Shown here: positions 24,466-36,787 of the stretch, one piece after another
How positions within the stretch are numbered: position 1 is the stretch's first letter
How the letters are laid out: each line of letters begins with the position of its first letter
DNA from: Felis catus
Lineage: Eukaryota
Direction: 5' to 3'
NCBI RefSeq assembly: GCF_018350175.1
Contig: NC_058368.1
Coordinates: forward strand, 236,966,001 to 237,030,000
DNA: 64,000 bases
Notes under the pieces: model-generated
The model's input: only the letters and a program-made list of their open reading frames with translations
Databases searched by the model: none
Told to the model about the DNA's origin: nothing
Position numbers and translations under genes: made by a program

Positions 24466-25739
24466 ATACATTGTTTCTTGAAAGTCCTACCTGTGGGTGC
24501 ATGTGGAGGGGGGGAGAGGGATGGCACCCAACAGAAGAACATGAGCAAGCATGCCCCAGTAAAACCCAGGGCATCATGGGAACAAGGGCATGCCCATCCT
24601 GGGCGCACTGCTGTCCCAGAAGGCAGATGCCCAGAGTCCTCCCGGAACATCCCTGCCTCCTCTTTGGGCCTCTGCTGTGCACACAACAGGAAGAGACAGG
24701 ATTTATTTACTCTGTTGTCTCTTCAGCGGGCCCACCTCTGGAGCACCGATCAAGGACCAGGAGCCCAGCGAGGGAGTAGGGGTTGCCTTCCCTTGGCAGG
24801 CCTCGCCTGCCCTCTCGAAAAGCCCTGTGTCTACCTTTGCTGCTTAGTCTCTATTAATACACCTGCAGGGCTGACCGGCATGCCGCAGGGCTGGGAGACG
24901 GTGGCCACAGGCGTTAGGGAACAGCTAGCATCCCCGACGGAGACCTCAAGTCATTACAGAAGAGCCCATGGCATGTTCCACAAGCCGGGAGTCTGGGCCG
25001 CGGCTCAGTGCAGCTGGGTAATTATCGAACCAACCCTTGAAATTGCCGAAGGACTATCGCTTCTTTTCTAAGATCTGACCTTTGCCTGCCTCTCCCTGGA
25101 GCAATGTGCCAACCCCGGGGAGGTGTGGTTGTGCAGCCCGAGCCTGAGGGGCCCTGTGCACGTGGGCATGAAGGATGAGGCTGTGGATTAGCTCGATTGG
25201 GCGTCAGCGCTCGCTCCTGCCTGCAGGTGCCTGGGACCTGTCGATTCCCGTCCCGGGAGCGTGTGACGGCTCCATGGGGCAGCAAAATACATATGCACCG
25301 GCTAAATCAGGGCACCGGGTCCGGCTGCCTTATGAAAATCGTCCCATATTGTGCAACGCAGCGAAAGGCAGCTGTGGCAAATCTGTTTGTTGAGAGGACG
25401 ATTTGCAAATGAAGAGTCACGTGGTGGTCAGTGGCTAGACGTGTGGAGATAGAAAGGTGTAGCAAACACATCGGCTCCGCAGGGGGACAAAGGGGAGGAG
25501 ATTGGAAACTTCCTTCAACGAAGGGACTTGAGGCTTCCCCGCAAGTAGGAGAAATGAATAGGTTCCTGTCTGTACCTCGAATGGCAACGCGTTAAAGATA
25601 CCAACTTGCTTTTTTATATCTAACTGTTGTATTTCACTCTTTGCTCACGGTAACGATTCTCAATGAGCTATTGTCAGGAGAGAGGACTCAGAAGGTCAGG
25701 ATGCAAGGGGTTCATCTGGATTCTCACGTCGTAAAAAAA

Positions 25740-25870
25740 TAAGCTGGGAATTTGTTAAAATGCAGATTCTAAGTGCTTGGTCCCGCCTTACTAACACAAA
25801 ACCTCCGATCGTGGAATGTAGGAATCAGGGCTTTTGTCGCGCTGTTTGGACAGGAAACACCACTAAGAAC
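25740..25870. mobile_element. hAT-Charlie MITE (MER5-like) relic
   Basis: CTGGGAATTTGTTAAAATGCAGATTCT..TACTAA..GGAATC core. Confidence 0.6.
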
Positions 25871-27069
25871 AGATCATTTCACACTTCGACAGGTTTGGCT
25901 ATGGCAAGTGACAGTAATTCTAATATTTGCAAAATGCACATAACCATTGATTTGATTTATTTAAAGACTATTTGCAAAAACTGGATAATTAAAATCGTAT
26001 TGAAGTCATCGTCATAAATCTCTGTCTGGATCTACATGCAGAAGATCACCTGTGAATGCCCATTACAGCCATAAAGGACGGGTAGCCTCATTTGATTCAC
26101 CTTCTAGTAGCTTCTCACCTGTCACCCATGTGATCTTTCCTGCAAGGCTACTGCAGGAGTGAGCAAGGGTGATTTTGTACAGTAAGTGGCTCAGAAGTTG
26201 GCTCCGTGAGGAAAGCTCTGGTGTAGAGCAAGAGTATAAACCCTGGAATCACTCGTGTATATACGCAAGGACATGAGACAATGTGGGTGCTTACAGTACT
26301 TAGCACAGGTAGGCAATCAATACTGCCGTGCCATTTCCGTTATTATCGCTGTTATGGTGACAATTCTGTTGCCCATTCTCACGGCCACCATCCCATGTAA
26401 AGCCTTACCATCTCTCCCTCAGTCCCTTGCCACGACCTTCTCGCTTACCCCACCCGCCTCCTATGCCTCCCTAGCCCCTGGAGGCTGGCACGTGCCGACC
26501 CAGGGGGTTTGTGCCGAAGGCTGAACTAACCTGAGCTCCCTGAGGCGTTTGTCATAATTGTCACTCATTCCGGCACTTCCTGTCTCTCCATCTTAACGCA
26601 CAAGTCGAAGACCGATCGCTGCAATAAAATTTCTGGATTTACCTGCTCTTTCAAGCACTCCCACACCTGGCCTTCAGCCTCAGACACCTGTCTCCTGAAC
26701 AGTGCGGTCTTCTAGCTGCAGATTTGGAAAACATAGCCTGGAGCTTTAAAAGGAACTCCTCTTTCTTTCTGAGACCACCCCATTGTTCAAAGTCTTCGTC
26801 AGCTCGAGCTTCCCCCAGGGCCATACCAGGATCGAACCGTCCTTATCTTCTCCTTTCATTGGTCTATTATCAGTCATGCATCTGCACAACGGATATTTTG
26901 TCTTCTTTAGGGGATCCGCCTTCTCTTATATTGCTCTCCTGATTCCTTTTTGCATCTACCCCCCATGTGTGACGACAGGGTCTGTCTCTTTCTTTTACAT
27001 TTTCTGTGTCACCTGCACCAGAGCGTGACACATGGTAGGGACTTAGCGCACAATACGGTTACTGTTTAC

Positions 27070-27256
27070 AAGAGCTCACTCTCTTCCTGGCATTAAAACA
27101 CACTTCATGAGGTGGGTGCTATTATCATTCCCTTTTTACAGATGAGGAAACAAGGCACATAAAACCCAAATGGCTCACCCAAAGCCTCAAAGCGACAAAA
27201 TAGTGAAGCTGGGGTTCTAAGCTGGGAGTTTGACTGCCCAGCCTGGGAGTTAACCT
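27070..27256 (-). mobile_element. MIR
   Basis: ATGAGGTGGGTGCTATTATCATTCCCTTTTTACAGATGAGGAAAC core. Confidence 0.85.
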
Positions 27257-28379
27257 CCTTATGGTCATCAAATCGTCAATCATCTCCAGTGTTCACAGGC
27301 AAATCTTTAATTCGTGTTCGTGTGATGTGCGCACTGAGTCTTCTTGCTGTGTGCTTGCACACAAAGGGAGGGGGTGGCTTCGGGAGAGCATGAGTTTGCA
27401 GGTTTCCATGTAATACTGGCCCATTATGTCCCTGTTCTCCCAAATCCCACAGCCCGTCTCCCATGCCCGGCCAAGAGTGAGCTTCCGCTGTGATACTGAA
27501 GTAGAACTAAGCACTGGAAGGAAATGTGGGTCCTGGGTCCCCTTAGCACAGAGTTTGCCTGTGAGGGAAGATATGTCAGCCACTCATCCACTGTCACCCG
27601 AGAAAAGAGGGAGTCACAGAAACTTCCTATGGATGACAAGCACGCTTAAGCCTGACAAGAGGACCCACACTGCCGCCTTGTCCTCGTGGGCTCTGGGTTA
27701 CAGATGCCTGGCAGTAACCCAGGCAACCAATCCAAACTATTCCCGCACTGTGCCCTTTCCTGATGATGGCTGGGAGCTGGGGCCTCATTTCCCTTCTCCC
27801 GGCCCCTCCCCGAGGACTCTGAGAAATCCCGGAAACTCGCCTCTAAGTGACCCACCCACTGTGGTAGTTGAACATCTCCTACGGACCTATGGGGGTCCTG
27901 GAGCTAGCCTGACCTGAAACCCTCCATGCAGGGGCTGTTTAGAATTGAGAGATGTTTGTGGGAGGCCCTCACAAATGGCAGGTAATATTTCAATTGGATA
28001 CTAAAGACTGAATACAAGTTACAGGAAAGCTGAGTTGCCTTCACAAATAAGGTGGAAGCAACCTAGGTTCATAGCCCAGCTACACTGAGATTGATCATTA
28101 AAAAATAATCCGTAAGCTTCAGTCATTTCTGGTGTAAGTCCTTCATTGCTATTCCAGTGGACTCAGTCTTACCTCATTTTGTGGACACTTCTGCTTAGCC
28201 CCGTGAGACGGTCAGGTGCTGGCCTGTGTCGGCCGTGTGGCGGTAGGTTGTCCTCAGCTGCCCCATCCCTCTGCAGCCTGATCTCAGCTCGGCTTTATCA
28301 CCTCGTCCTTAGCTACACACCCACCAGCCTTTTCCAGGATGTCCACCTCCCTGTGTCTAACACTCTCAGGACGGGAGGC

Positions 28380-28570
28380 AGGGGTGTGGCAGAGATGAAG
28401 GTCCCCAGAGCCAGGCACCAGCGGGTACGATCTCACGCACGTACCTTACCTCAGTTTCCTCAGCGTAAAATGGAGATTGTGATAAGCCCACCTCCCAACA
28501 TTACTGAGTTAATACGGATGAGGCGTTTGGGACAGACTATGAACACAAGAAGGCAGAATGTTTGTTACTC
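28380..28570 (+). mobile_element. MIR
   Basis: CCTCAGTTTCCTCAGCGTAAAATGGAGATTGTGATA core. Confidence 0.75.
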
Positions 28571-28899
28571 TCTTGATTCTCTGTTTTCACCTTCTGCCTG
28601 TACACACACACACACACGCACACACACACACACACACATGCATACACTCCCGTAGATCTCCAAAGGTGAGAAATTTCTAGAAGTTTCTTACCTACATATC
28701 ACCGGAGTGCCTAGCGCCATGCCTTGAACATGGCAGTAATTAAATATGTAGGAATATGTATTTTTTTTTCTACGAGGATATAATCTTTCCGCAAGAAATA
28801 ACCCGGTGATCTGAGTTTAGGTAGGTAGATTATATCTGAATGAGACTGAGAACCCAAACACTGACCTAGGTTGTTCTTCCCAGGTCATACCCCACCGAC

Positions 28900-31180
28900 A
28901 AAAGGCCTCTTTGTTTCAAATATTTTATTTTGTTATTTGCACCTCCATCAGGAGTTTGTGAGCCCCCAGCGAACATAAAACGGTGTATGGTAGATGTATA
29001 GATTTAAGACCGAGGCCAGCGTATCCGTCTAAGCATTGCATCGGTTTCTGTAATCTAGGTAAATGCCATGGTGAATAGTTAACTAGGCAGGCTTTAACAA
29101 GGAGCATGAAATTTACAATGGAGACTTGTATTGATTTTTTTCCATTCACTAATCCCACTTTAAAACAAAGCACAATATATCTGGGTTTTGTCTCTCATTT
29201 TTTCTTGGTCCTTCCTAGGTGATAAATGTATATTAGCAGTAACATAATAAGCTATTCCATTCAGGGAGATGTGGGTTGTTCTGCAGGTGGGTAGATTGCA
29301 TTTCTTCTACATTTGGGGAAATTAACTCAAAAACTCTTAATTACCATGAATGCCTAGTCAATATTTATTTTAAAGACATAGCGTGATAAATGTAAATCAG
29401 GAAATAAACAAGGATGCAAAATAATTGTGGTAACCTTTTCCGCTAAATAGATCATTAATCACATTTTTACTTCCATATTCTTTGCTCTTTTTTTTTCCTT
29501 ACTGATATGTGATTACAAATATTTATGTGTTCAGATGTCTGACGGTACATTTCGGGATAATTAGAAAACAGATTGCTACAACGATTAACCTTTCAGTAGA
29601 ATGGTTACAACACACAAGTACTGTCTGGGGTTCTCTACCATAAAAACTCTTTAGTGCAATGGTCTATATTCTTACACTGTTTTCAAAATATTTGGCAAGA
29701 TGAAAAATCATTCATCGTTATTTCTGCTATCACAGAATTTGCTCTTGGTGTTGTAACTATTTAACAAAGACAGCTTAGATGAGGCAGATACAAAGAAAAA
29801 ATACATAGTAGCTAATTAATTTTTCCCAAGCGAGCTCCCGCCTAGAAGCAGGGCAGGTAGCTCACCGGCTAACAGAACCTTCAATAAACTGCAGCTCAAA
29901 TGTATTTGAAACACAAAAGCAGTTTGTGCCAGTCTGCTGGCACCTGGGCCGCCCACACCAGGGTGGGCAAGCCACTCTCACCCACAATAACTCAGATGGG
30001 AACCCCCCAGCCCAGCCGATTCCCTCTACTTCAATGTGGGTTCATCACATCCTTTCCCCAACCAGGAATCTTCAACTTTTTTTCTTTTCTCTCTCTGTTT
30101 CTAACTTGTTTGCCGTCACTAATTAAAGAAATGTGCCGTGTTTGAAAACAAACAAAATAAATTAGATGTGCTGGGAGGAAAATTGCCCAAGAGATCATGC
30201 CAAAAATGTGTGGGTGATTCCAAACGAGTGGCTCCCTTCCTCCTCCTCCTTCTTCTCGCTCTCTCGCTCTCTCTCTGTCTCCCGGTTTCAATGGCTATTT
30301 TAAGTTTTATGCTGAATGGGCAAAATGTGGCAGAGCCCACTCGCCCGGGCGCCCGTCTGAAGCCCAGGGCCAGGCTCGCCGGACTCTCGTGTGGCTCCTG
30401 CGAATCTTGATCTAAGGGCACTGCTGTCAGCTCGGAGCCCACCGCTCTTCTCCCTGTCTGCAGTTCGCAGCGGAGGAGGTTTAATTCTGAACTGTGAAAA
30501 GATTCAATAAGTCACCACAAATCACCCCGACTAAAGCCCAAACTGAGTAATTTACACAACACTTTGTGTTCTTCAAACAGTTTGCAGCGGGCAATTATTC
30601 ATGCCCGACATGGGGCCGCTGGGTCCAGGCTCCCTGTTTGTTCTAAGGCCGAGGAGAGGTGTTTGAAAACCGCCAGAGACGGCCAGGGGCCCAGAGATCA
30701 CGGCTAATGTGACACCCCCAGGCCTAATCTCCTTAGAGCGCTGGGATAAAATAAGTATCCATTACAAAATCGGCATTCATCCTGCCCCCTTCTGAGCCCA
30801 GCCACTCTGATAGCGGCCCGGAGACAATCGTGCGATTCTAGACTTAATCAGGTATTAGGAGCTGAGGCCGGAGGAGAAGGGCTAATCTCCATATTTAGTC
30901 CATCTGTACTCGTGGACCTGACTTGCCTGCCCCTGATAGATCAAAAGGAATTGGCAAAAATCAGATTAAGGCTGGAGAAAAGGGGGAGGTTCAAGCCGTG
31001 TAACAGCCACATTTTTTTTTTTTCTCCCTGCCCGGGATGCGTATACATTTATTAAGACCGTGCGGTTAATCCCATGAGTTTCAATGCATTGTGCTCTCTT
31101 TTCTTCTTCTCCTTGCTTTCGGCAGCAGGAAAAAAAAAAGCCATTAAAGGGAAATATTGTATTAATTTTAAAAATATGAG
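28900..31180. promoter_or_regulatory. Candidate conserved enhancer cluster
   Basis: About 2.3 kb with no recognisable transposon; dense TAAT, TAATCY and forkhead-like (ATAAACA 29404-29410) motifs; directly upstream of a CpG island. Confidence 0.5.
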
Positions 31181-32800
31181 ACGTGCACACCCAGGGCCGG
31201 CCGCGGCGCCCGCGCTCGGAGGAGCCCAGCGACGCGGGCGCCCGGTGCCGACCGCTGGCTCGCCCCTGCACCCGGGAGGGGACGCGGGCCCGGCGCTCTC
31301 CGGGACGGGGACACACGGCGGAGCCGTGTGAAGTCAGCGAGAGAGAGGATGCTAATTATTAGCACAGGCTGCCGCGGAGTCAGGCTGTGGCGGGGCAGGT
31401 GTAAGAGCCCGGTGACATCTGAGCTCCTGGCGTCTACGCGCTGCAGCCCTCTGTGATGGAGCCCGGAGAGCATATGGGATTCGCCAATTAAACCGACCCC
31501 GGTCTCCTCCTTCCAAACGGGCTGCCACGTTAGGCGGAGGCGGGTTGTTTCCCGGCCAGCCCGGCCGTGCGACTTCTTGTGGGGGCCGCCACCCTGCCAC
31601 AGAGGTCCCGGCGGCCGCATCTGCACGCAGCCGCTCGCAGCTCGGGACGCGCGGACAGACGGGTAAGGAGAAGGGGGCGAAAGGGACTCACACCCTCGCC
31701 GCTCGTGGCCGTCACCCGCTGTTTGTAAACAGTGACATGTGGTCACCAGCCGCGTCCTTCGAGCTAGGAGACGCACGCGTGCCGCTGGGTCGAATGCGCA
31801 GGCAGACGACCTGCCCACCCGGGGACGGCCACGCAGCGAGCCCAGGGCACGGGTGGCGGGGGCTCGAAGGCGAAGGGCGAGGGTGCGGAGGGGCCCCGGC
31901 TGCCCCCCTCGGGGAGGGCTGGCGAAGCCCCTTCCCGGCGGGCTCCTCGCAAACCCCACGCAGTGCCGGAAAAGAGCCGTGTGGCCGCTGGACTCTGGCA
32001 GTGGAGCTCACCTCATTAGAGTGGATTAAGTCGTGATGCTGAGAAGGATAAAAGGTGAAAAGCAAAGTGCCCAGGACGGCGGCCCTGTGTCATCCGTGTG
32101 CGGGTGCCATTATTGACTCGCGCCCATGTGGTTCACACTTTTCAATTACCGTCTGCCGGAAAGGTGGCCGGATAATTGCAGAGGCTGATGCCCGAGCCGC
32201 CGTGTCGGGGGGGCCTCCCGGCCCTCGTCACCTTCTCTTGATGCTCGACTCCAGGATGTTCAAAGGCAAAGGTCCAGAGCCTGCGGGTCTCCCTGAGGAC
32301 CCGGGGAGAGGGCGATGTCATTAAGAACGTTAATAAATAGGAAACTCACCCAGGCTCGCACATGGCGGTGAGATCGGCCACTGCTGTCTGAATGGGGCCG
32401 GGTCTCCAGCGTGGGCACCGCGCCGCCGACGGCCTGCCTTTGATTCCCGCTCACGAGGCTCTCGCAGAAACGTTGAAACGGGGACGGACTCGGCGTCCCT
32501 CGGCGTCCTGCCTGCTGCCCACGGTCCTGCAGGTGCCGCTTTGTGGGCTGAGGCCGGGCCCGCGTTTCTCCCAGACGCGGCTGCGTGGCAGGCGCCCCGT
32601 CAATCTGGACGCACCTCCCTTCCGCTCACACCGCGGGCAGCCAAACACTCTGCAGATGGAGGTGGCTCGCAGAGCAAGGAGGGAAGGCGCTCAGGAGGAT
32701 TTTGGGTCGTGGGGAAGGCAGGGCTGCTCCGGGGGAAGCCCAGTCGTTGGGGGCCGGGAGGGAAGGAGAGGGCAGGAGACACATTTGGGAATAAAACAGC
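31180..32800. promoter_or_regulatory. CpG island
   Basis: Very high GC with abundant CpG (e.g. GGCCGGCCGCGGCGCCCGCGCTCGG, GCGGCCGC); no coding exon recognised. Confidence 0.75.
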
Positions 32801-33385
32801 AAATGTGGGACAGCTCTTCTGACTTTTGCCCACTTCCCAGAGGCATTTTTTTTTTCAACTGGAGGTGGGAGCCCTCACATTCCTTGGAAAGATCGGTGAG
32901 AAAGCCCCCCGGTGCCCTGAGCAGCTCGCACGAGGGTCGGCGTGTGGTTGCGAGGAGCCGTCACGGGGGTTTTTGGACATGCAGGGGATCCTCAACATGC
33001 CTGGTCCCACGCCTCCCACCTTGGAGTTTCCACATCTGGAGGTGAAGAGACGCAGGGCAAAGCTGGCCCAGAGCTCGTCCCTCGCTCTCGGGAGGACGTC
33101 TGAAATCGCACTCGGCTCAAGAGCGTGCCGGTGCGTTCCTGCAAAAAATAAAAGGGGCTTTGGCGTGTGTTCAAAAGTGTCCTGTATCGTCAGAAATTTC
33201 ACCTCCGCAGCCTAAGTAAAGAGCCTCTACCTGGGTAATTTAGTTTAAGGAATGGGCGTTGTTGGCTGTTTACTGGAGGCCAAGGTGAGATCCAGTGTTG
33301 GACCATCGCCCGCTTACTGTGCCCCAGGTGTCAGGGGTGGACTTTCTTCCCCGTGTGTCCACAGCGTGTCTAAGACTGGTGCACA

Positions 33386-33607
33386 GGGGCGCCTGGGTGG
33401 CGCAGTCGGTTAAGCGTCCGACTTCAGCCGGGTCACGATCTCGCGGTCTGTGAGTTCGAGCCCCGCGTCGGGCTCTGGGCTGATGGCTCAGAGCCTGGAG
33501 CCTGTTTCCGATTCTGTGTCTCCCTCTCTCTCTGCTCCTCCCCCGTTCATGCTCTGTCTCTCTCTGTCCCAAAAATAAATAAACGTTGAAAAAAATTAAA
33601 AAAAAAA
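33386..33607 (+). mobile_element. Young SINEC_Fc
   Basis: CpGs intact, long A tail, perfect TSD AAGACTGGTGCACA (33372-33385, 33608-33621). Confidence 0.98.
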
Positions 33608-33641
33608 AAGACTGGTGCACAGAGCTGGGGGTACTGCCTGG

Positions 33642-33980
33642 TTTCTGGAAAGGAATAGGTTCGGGTCGCCCAGTGCCCCGTGCTCTCCCGCACCAGTCAC
33701 ACAGGGTTCCTACAAGTAAGAAGGAGGCCTCTCATGCATGTCCCTTCCCTGCGTCTGTGCCTTTCGGGGGGCCACCCACCTCCTCGGGGGCCTGTCATCT
33801 CCGGGGGGGAGATGGGAGTCGACCTGACCACACCTGGTTTCATTCCTGTGCCGCATCTAGAATTTTTGGTCCTCGTGTGCGTTCACAGGCTCGTTTTCAT
33901 CACTCCTCGCGGTGTGGAAATAATTTCTTCGCTCGATAAACACGCGTATCTCCCACGCTCTGTACCTTCTCGCTCTGAGC
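33642..33980 (+). repeat. Copy 1 of a ~340-bp dispersed direct duplication
   Basis: Aligns end to end with 52709-53057. Confidence 0.92.
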
Positions 33981-34499
33981 GCTAGGAATGGTGAGACATA
34001 ATTTAGGGCACTGCACCCTCTAATGGAGAGAGGAGGGTCCGTGATGTCACAGTCTGCACCTGTCACACGCACTGCATTTCAGAGGGACTGGGCACGACCT
34101 GCGTCGGCCCGTCCCCCCCCTTGGATTCTCGGGAGCCCTGTGATCCTGTTCCACACCATCATCTACACGTAAGGAAACACGTTCATGGAGGCCAGACACA
34201 CTCGGGTTAAGGCACAGAAGCTCCGCACGTAAGTGGAGGGTGGCCCCTGCTGTCGGGGTTCTGTGCGCACAGAGGGTCACGGCAGAGGGACAGTGGAGAG
34301 ACAGCCCCGTGCCCGCCGTCCAGAGAGCAGTGCTCTGAGACGAGAAGGGCTCCTGCCAAGCAGAACCATTTGTACGTGGGTTTAGATATATGCTGATTGA
34401 AAGTAACCACTAATTCTGAAACCCTGCTGTGTTCAACCCCGAGAGTCACGTAACTCTATTTCCCTTCGACATAAAACGGTATCAAGCCTGAGCAAGTTC

Positions 34500-35400
34500 C
34501 ATTAACAGGTCCGAGGCGGTGAGTGCTGGCTCGGAGCCCTTCCCCCCAGCCCAGCGTGTCCAGACGCCCCCTCGGGGTAGAGATGAGCCACGTTCCTCAA
34601 ATGGAACCTGCAGTTGAGAAGTGGTGAGACCACGTCGGCCCCAAAGAGGTTACCAGCCAAGCACAGGCTTGCCGGGGCTTCTGCTACTGTTTTTAGCTGA
34701 GGACGGCGAGGTATTATACCCGTCGGCCCAGAGGCAGCGGAAGGGACACGCCGGGAGGCCGCCCGCGGACCCCCTTCCCGACTCCCTCCTGACCGGCAAT
34801 TACAGAGGGTCTTCAGCTGGTTTTCAATCACCCGTCAGTGATTCAGCCGACCTGCTGGCTTCTGAATGTCCAGGACCCCCAGCCGTGCAGCCATCTGAAC
34901 GTCCATTCACACGTCTATAAAAAGGAGAAGCCGTGAAAAGTCGATCCATTCAGAGTCACTGGCTGCTCACACGTAAGGTTTGCTGGGGAAGCGAGTCACA
35001 CGGAAGTCGGCCCGATCAGCGGGGCCGGTTACGCGGGGCTCTGCGCGGCCCGCGGCCCCATCGCGCATCACCTCCGCCTCCCGCGTCCGCAGTGGGTTTA
35101 TTTCTGGGTCGTACAGAGGAGCACAGGACACGCTCCGGGCCCCGCGCCCGGGAAGGTGGGCAGGTCCTGGACGGGGAAAGGTGGGCGCTGAGAGCCGAGA
35201 TTCTGTCAACACGGGGAGGACGACTTTCGGGAAGGTCACGGCCGTGAACGCATTAGCGAGGTGGTGTTGGCGGAGCACGGGCCTCTCCTCCAGCCCCAGG
35301 GGCAGCTGCAATTAGGCGACACCCCTCTCAACTGCTAAGTGCTCCCGCTGCTGTTTTATCGGCCGGTCGCCAGCGGGCTCAGGGGAGAAGCGCTATCTCC
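34500..35400. promoter_or_regulatory. CpG-rich island-like segment
   Basis: Dense CpG around 34700-34780 and 35000-35260. Confidence 0.55.
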
Positions 35401-36323
35401 TATGGCCATGAAAATTGATATTGAACATGGAAGGGAAAATCTCGCAAGCTGATAGCAATTAGCTAAAAAGGATTTGCGACTCCATGATTCATCACGCCAG
35501 GGGACCAAAGTCATTTGCAGACGCTGCTCCGAGAGTCCCTTTGCACAGCTCTGAGCTCTGCCTCTGTTTTTCTCTCACACTGGGTGTGACATTTTCGGCT
35601 TTCAGAGCCCTTTCCTAGAACAGAAGCTGCCGCAGCCGGGTGGTTCGCTTTGTCACAGATGCTTTCATGAGAAGGTGCTCCAAGTGGGGCGCAGATTCCT
35701 ACTTGACGCAGGAAAACGGAGCACGGTGTCTTTAAGAGTTTGTTGTGTTGTTTTCGTAGGAGAAGGTAATTTGCGACTCTGGGTCAATTAGAAAATTATA
35801 CCTAAATTAATTAATCAAAAGAGCAGTGTGAAGGCGTCAGAAGTGTCCTTGAGGTGGTTTTTCACAAAGAAGCACTTGGCTCAGGTAGCTGCGGCCTTAC
35901 TCTGCGCCACAGAGCGGCAGGGGCACGGGGCACGTGGCCCCCAGGCCCACCTCGTGGCGGCGTTTCTTGCAGGGCCGGGCCGCTGTCTCCCCGGGTGCGC
36001 CTGTGACTCCGGGCCACCCAAGCCGTGCCAAGCGTCCCATTATAATAACGCACCACGCTCTCTCCATTTCTTCGACGCGCAGGGGTTTGGTTGCAGTTTT
36101 CTCACAAACGGTGCAGAAAATTATGTGTCCGGGGCGCCTCCCTTACGGCTGTGACCCAGACCTGAAGGTGAGGCCAGAAGGTATGTATGACCCCAGACAA
36201 GGGGAGGGCTGCCCGAACTCACCACGCCGCAAACGCCACGGGTCGCAAACAAAAGCTAACTTAAGTACTTTCGCGGTATTTGTACATGTGAGATGAGTAG
36301 TATATCCATATACTATCGCTTTT

Positions 36324-36544
36324 TTAAAAAAAAAATTAATTTTTTTAAATTTATTTTTGAGACAGAGAGAGACAGAGCATGAGCAGGGGAGGGGCAGAGA
36401 GAGAGGGAGACGCAGAATCCGAAGCAGGCTCCGGGCTCCGAGCCGTCAGCGCAGAGCTGGACGTGGGGCTCGAACCCACAGATCGCGAGATGGTGACCTG
36501 AGCCGAAGTCGGACGCCTGGCTGACTGAGCCACCCAAGAGCCGC
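36324..36544 (-). mobile_element. Can-SINE
   Basis: Reverse-complement SINEC; imperfect TSD ATA(T/G)ACTAT(C/T)GCTTTT (36308-36323, 36546-36561). Confidence 0.95.
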
Positions 36545-36574
36545 AATAGACTATTGCTTTTAATTTCAATGTGC

Positions 36575-36787
36575 AGGGCGCCTGGGTGGCGCAGTCGGTT
36601 AAGCGTCCGACTTCAGCCAGGTCACGATCTCACGGTCCGTGAGTTCGAGCCCTGCGTCGGGCTCTGGGCTGATGGCTCAGAGCCTGGAGCCTGCTTCCGA
36701 TTCTGTGTCTCCCTCTCTCTCTGCCCCTCCCCCGTTCATGCTCTGTCTCTCTCTGTCCCAAAAATAAATAAAAGGTTGAAAAAAAAA
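36575..36787 (+). mobile_element. Young SINEC_Fc
   Basis: Perfect TSD TTTAATTTCAATGTGC (36559-36574, 36788-36803). Confidence 0.98.

Noticed and set aside
31168..33045. Overlapping long ORFs in the CpG island
   Set aside because: Present on both strands and in several frames with no protein-like features; typical CpG-island artefact
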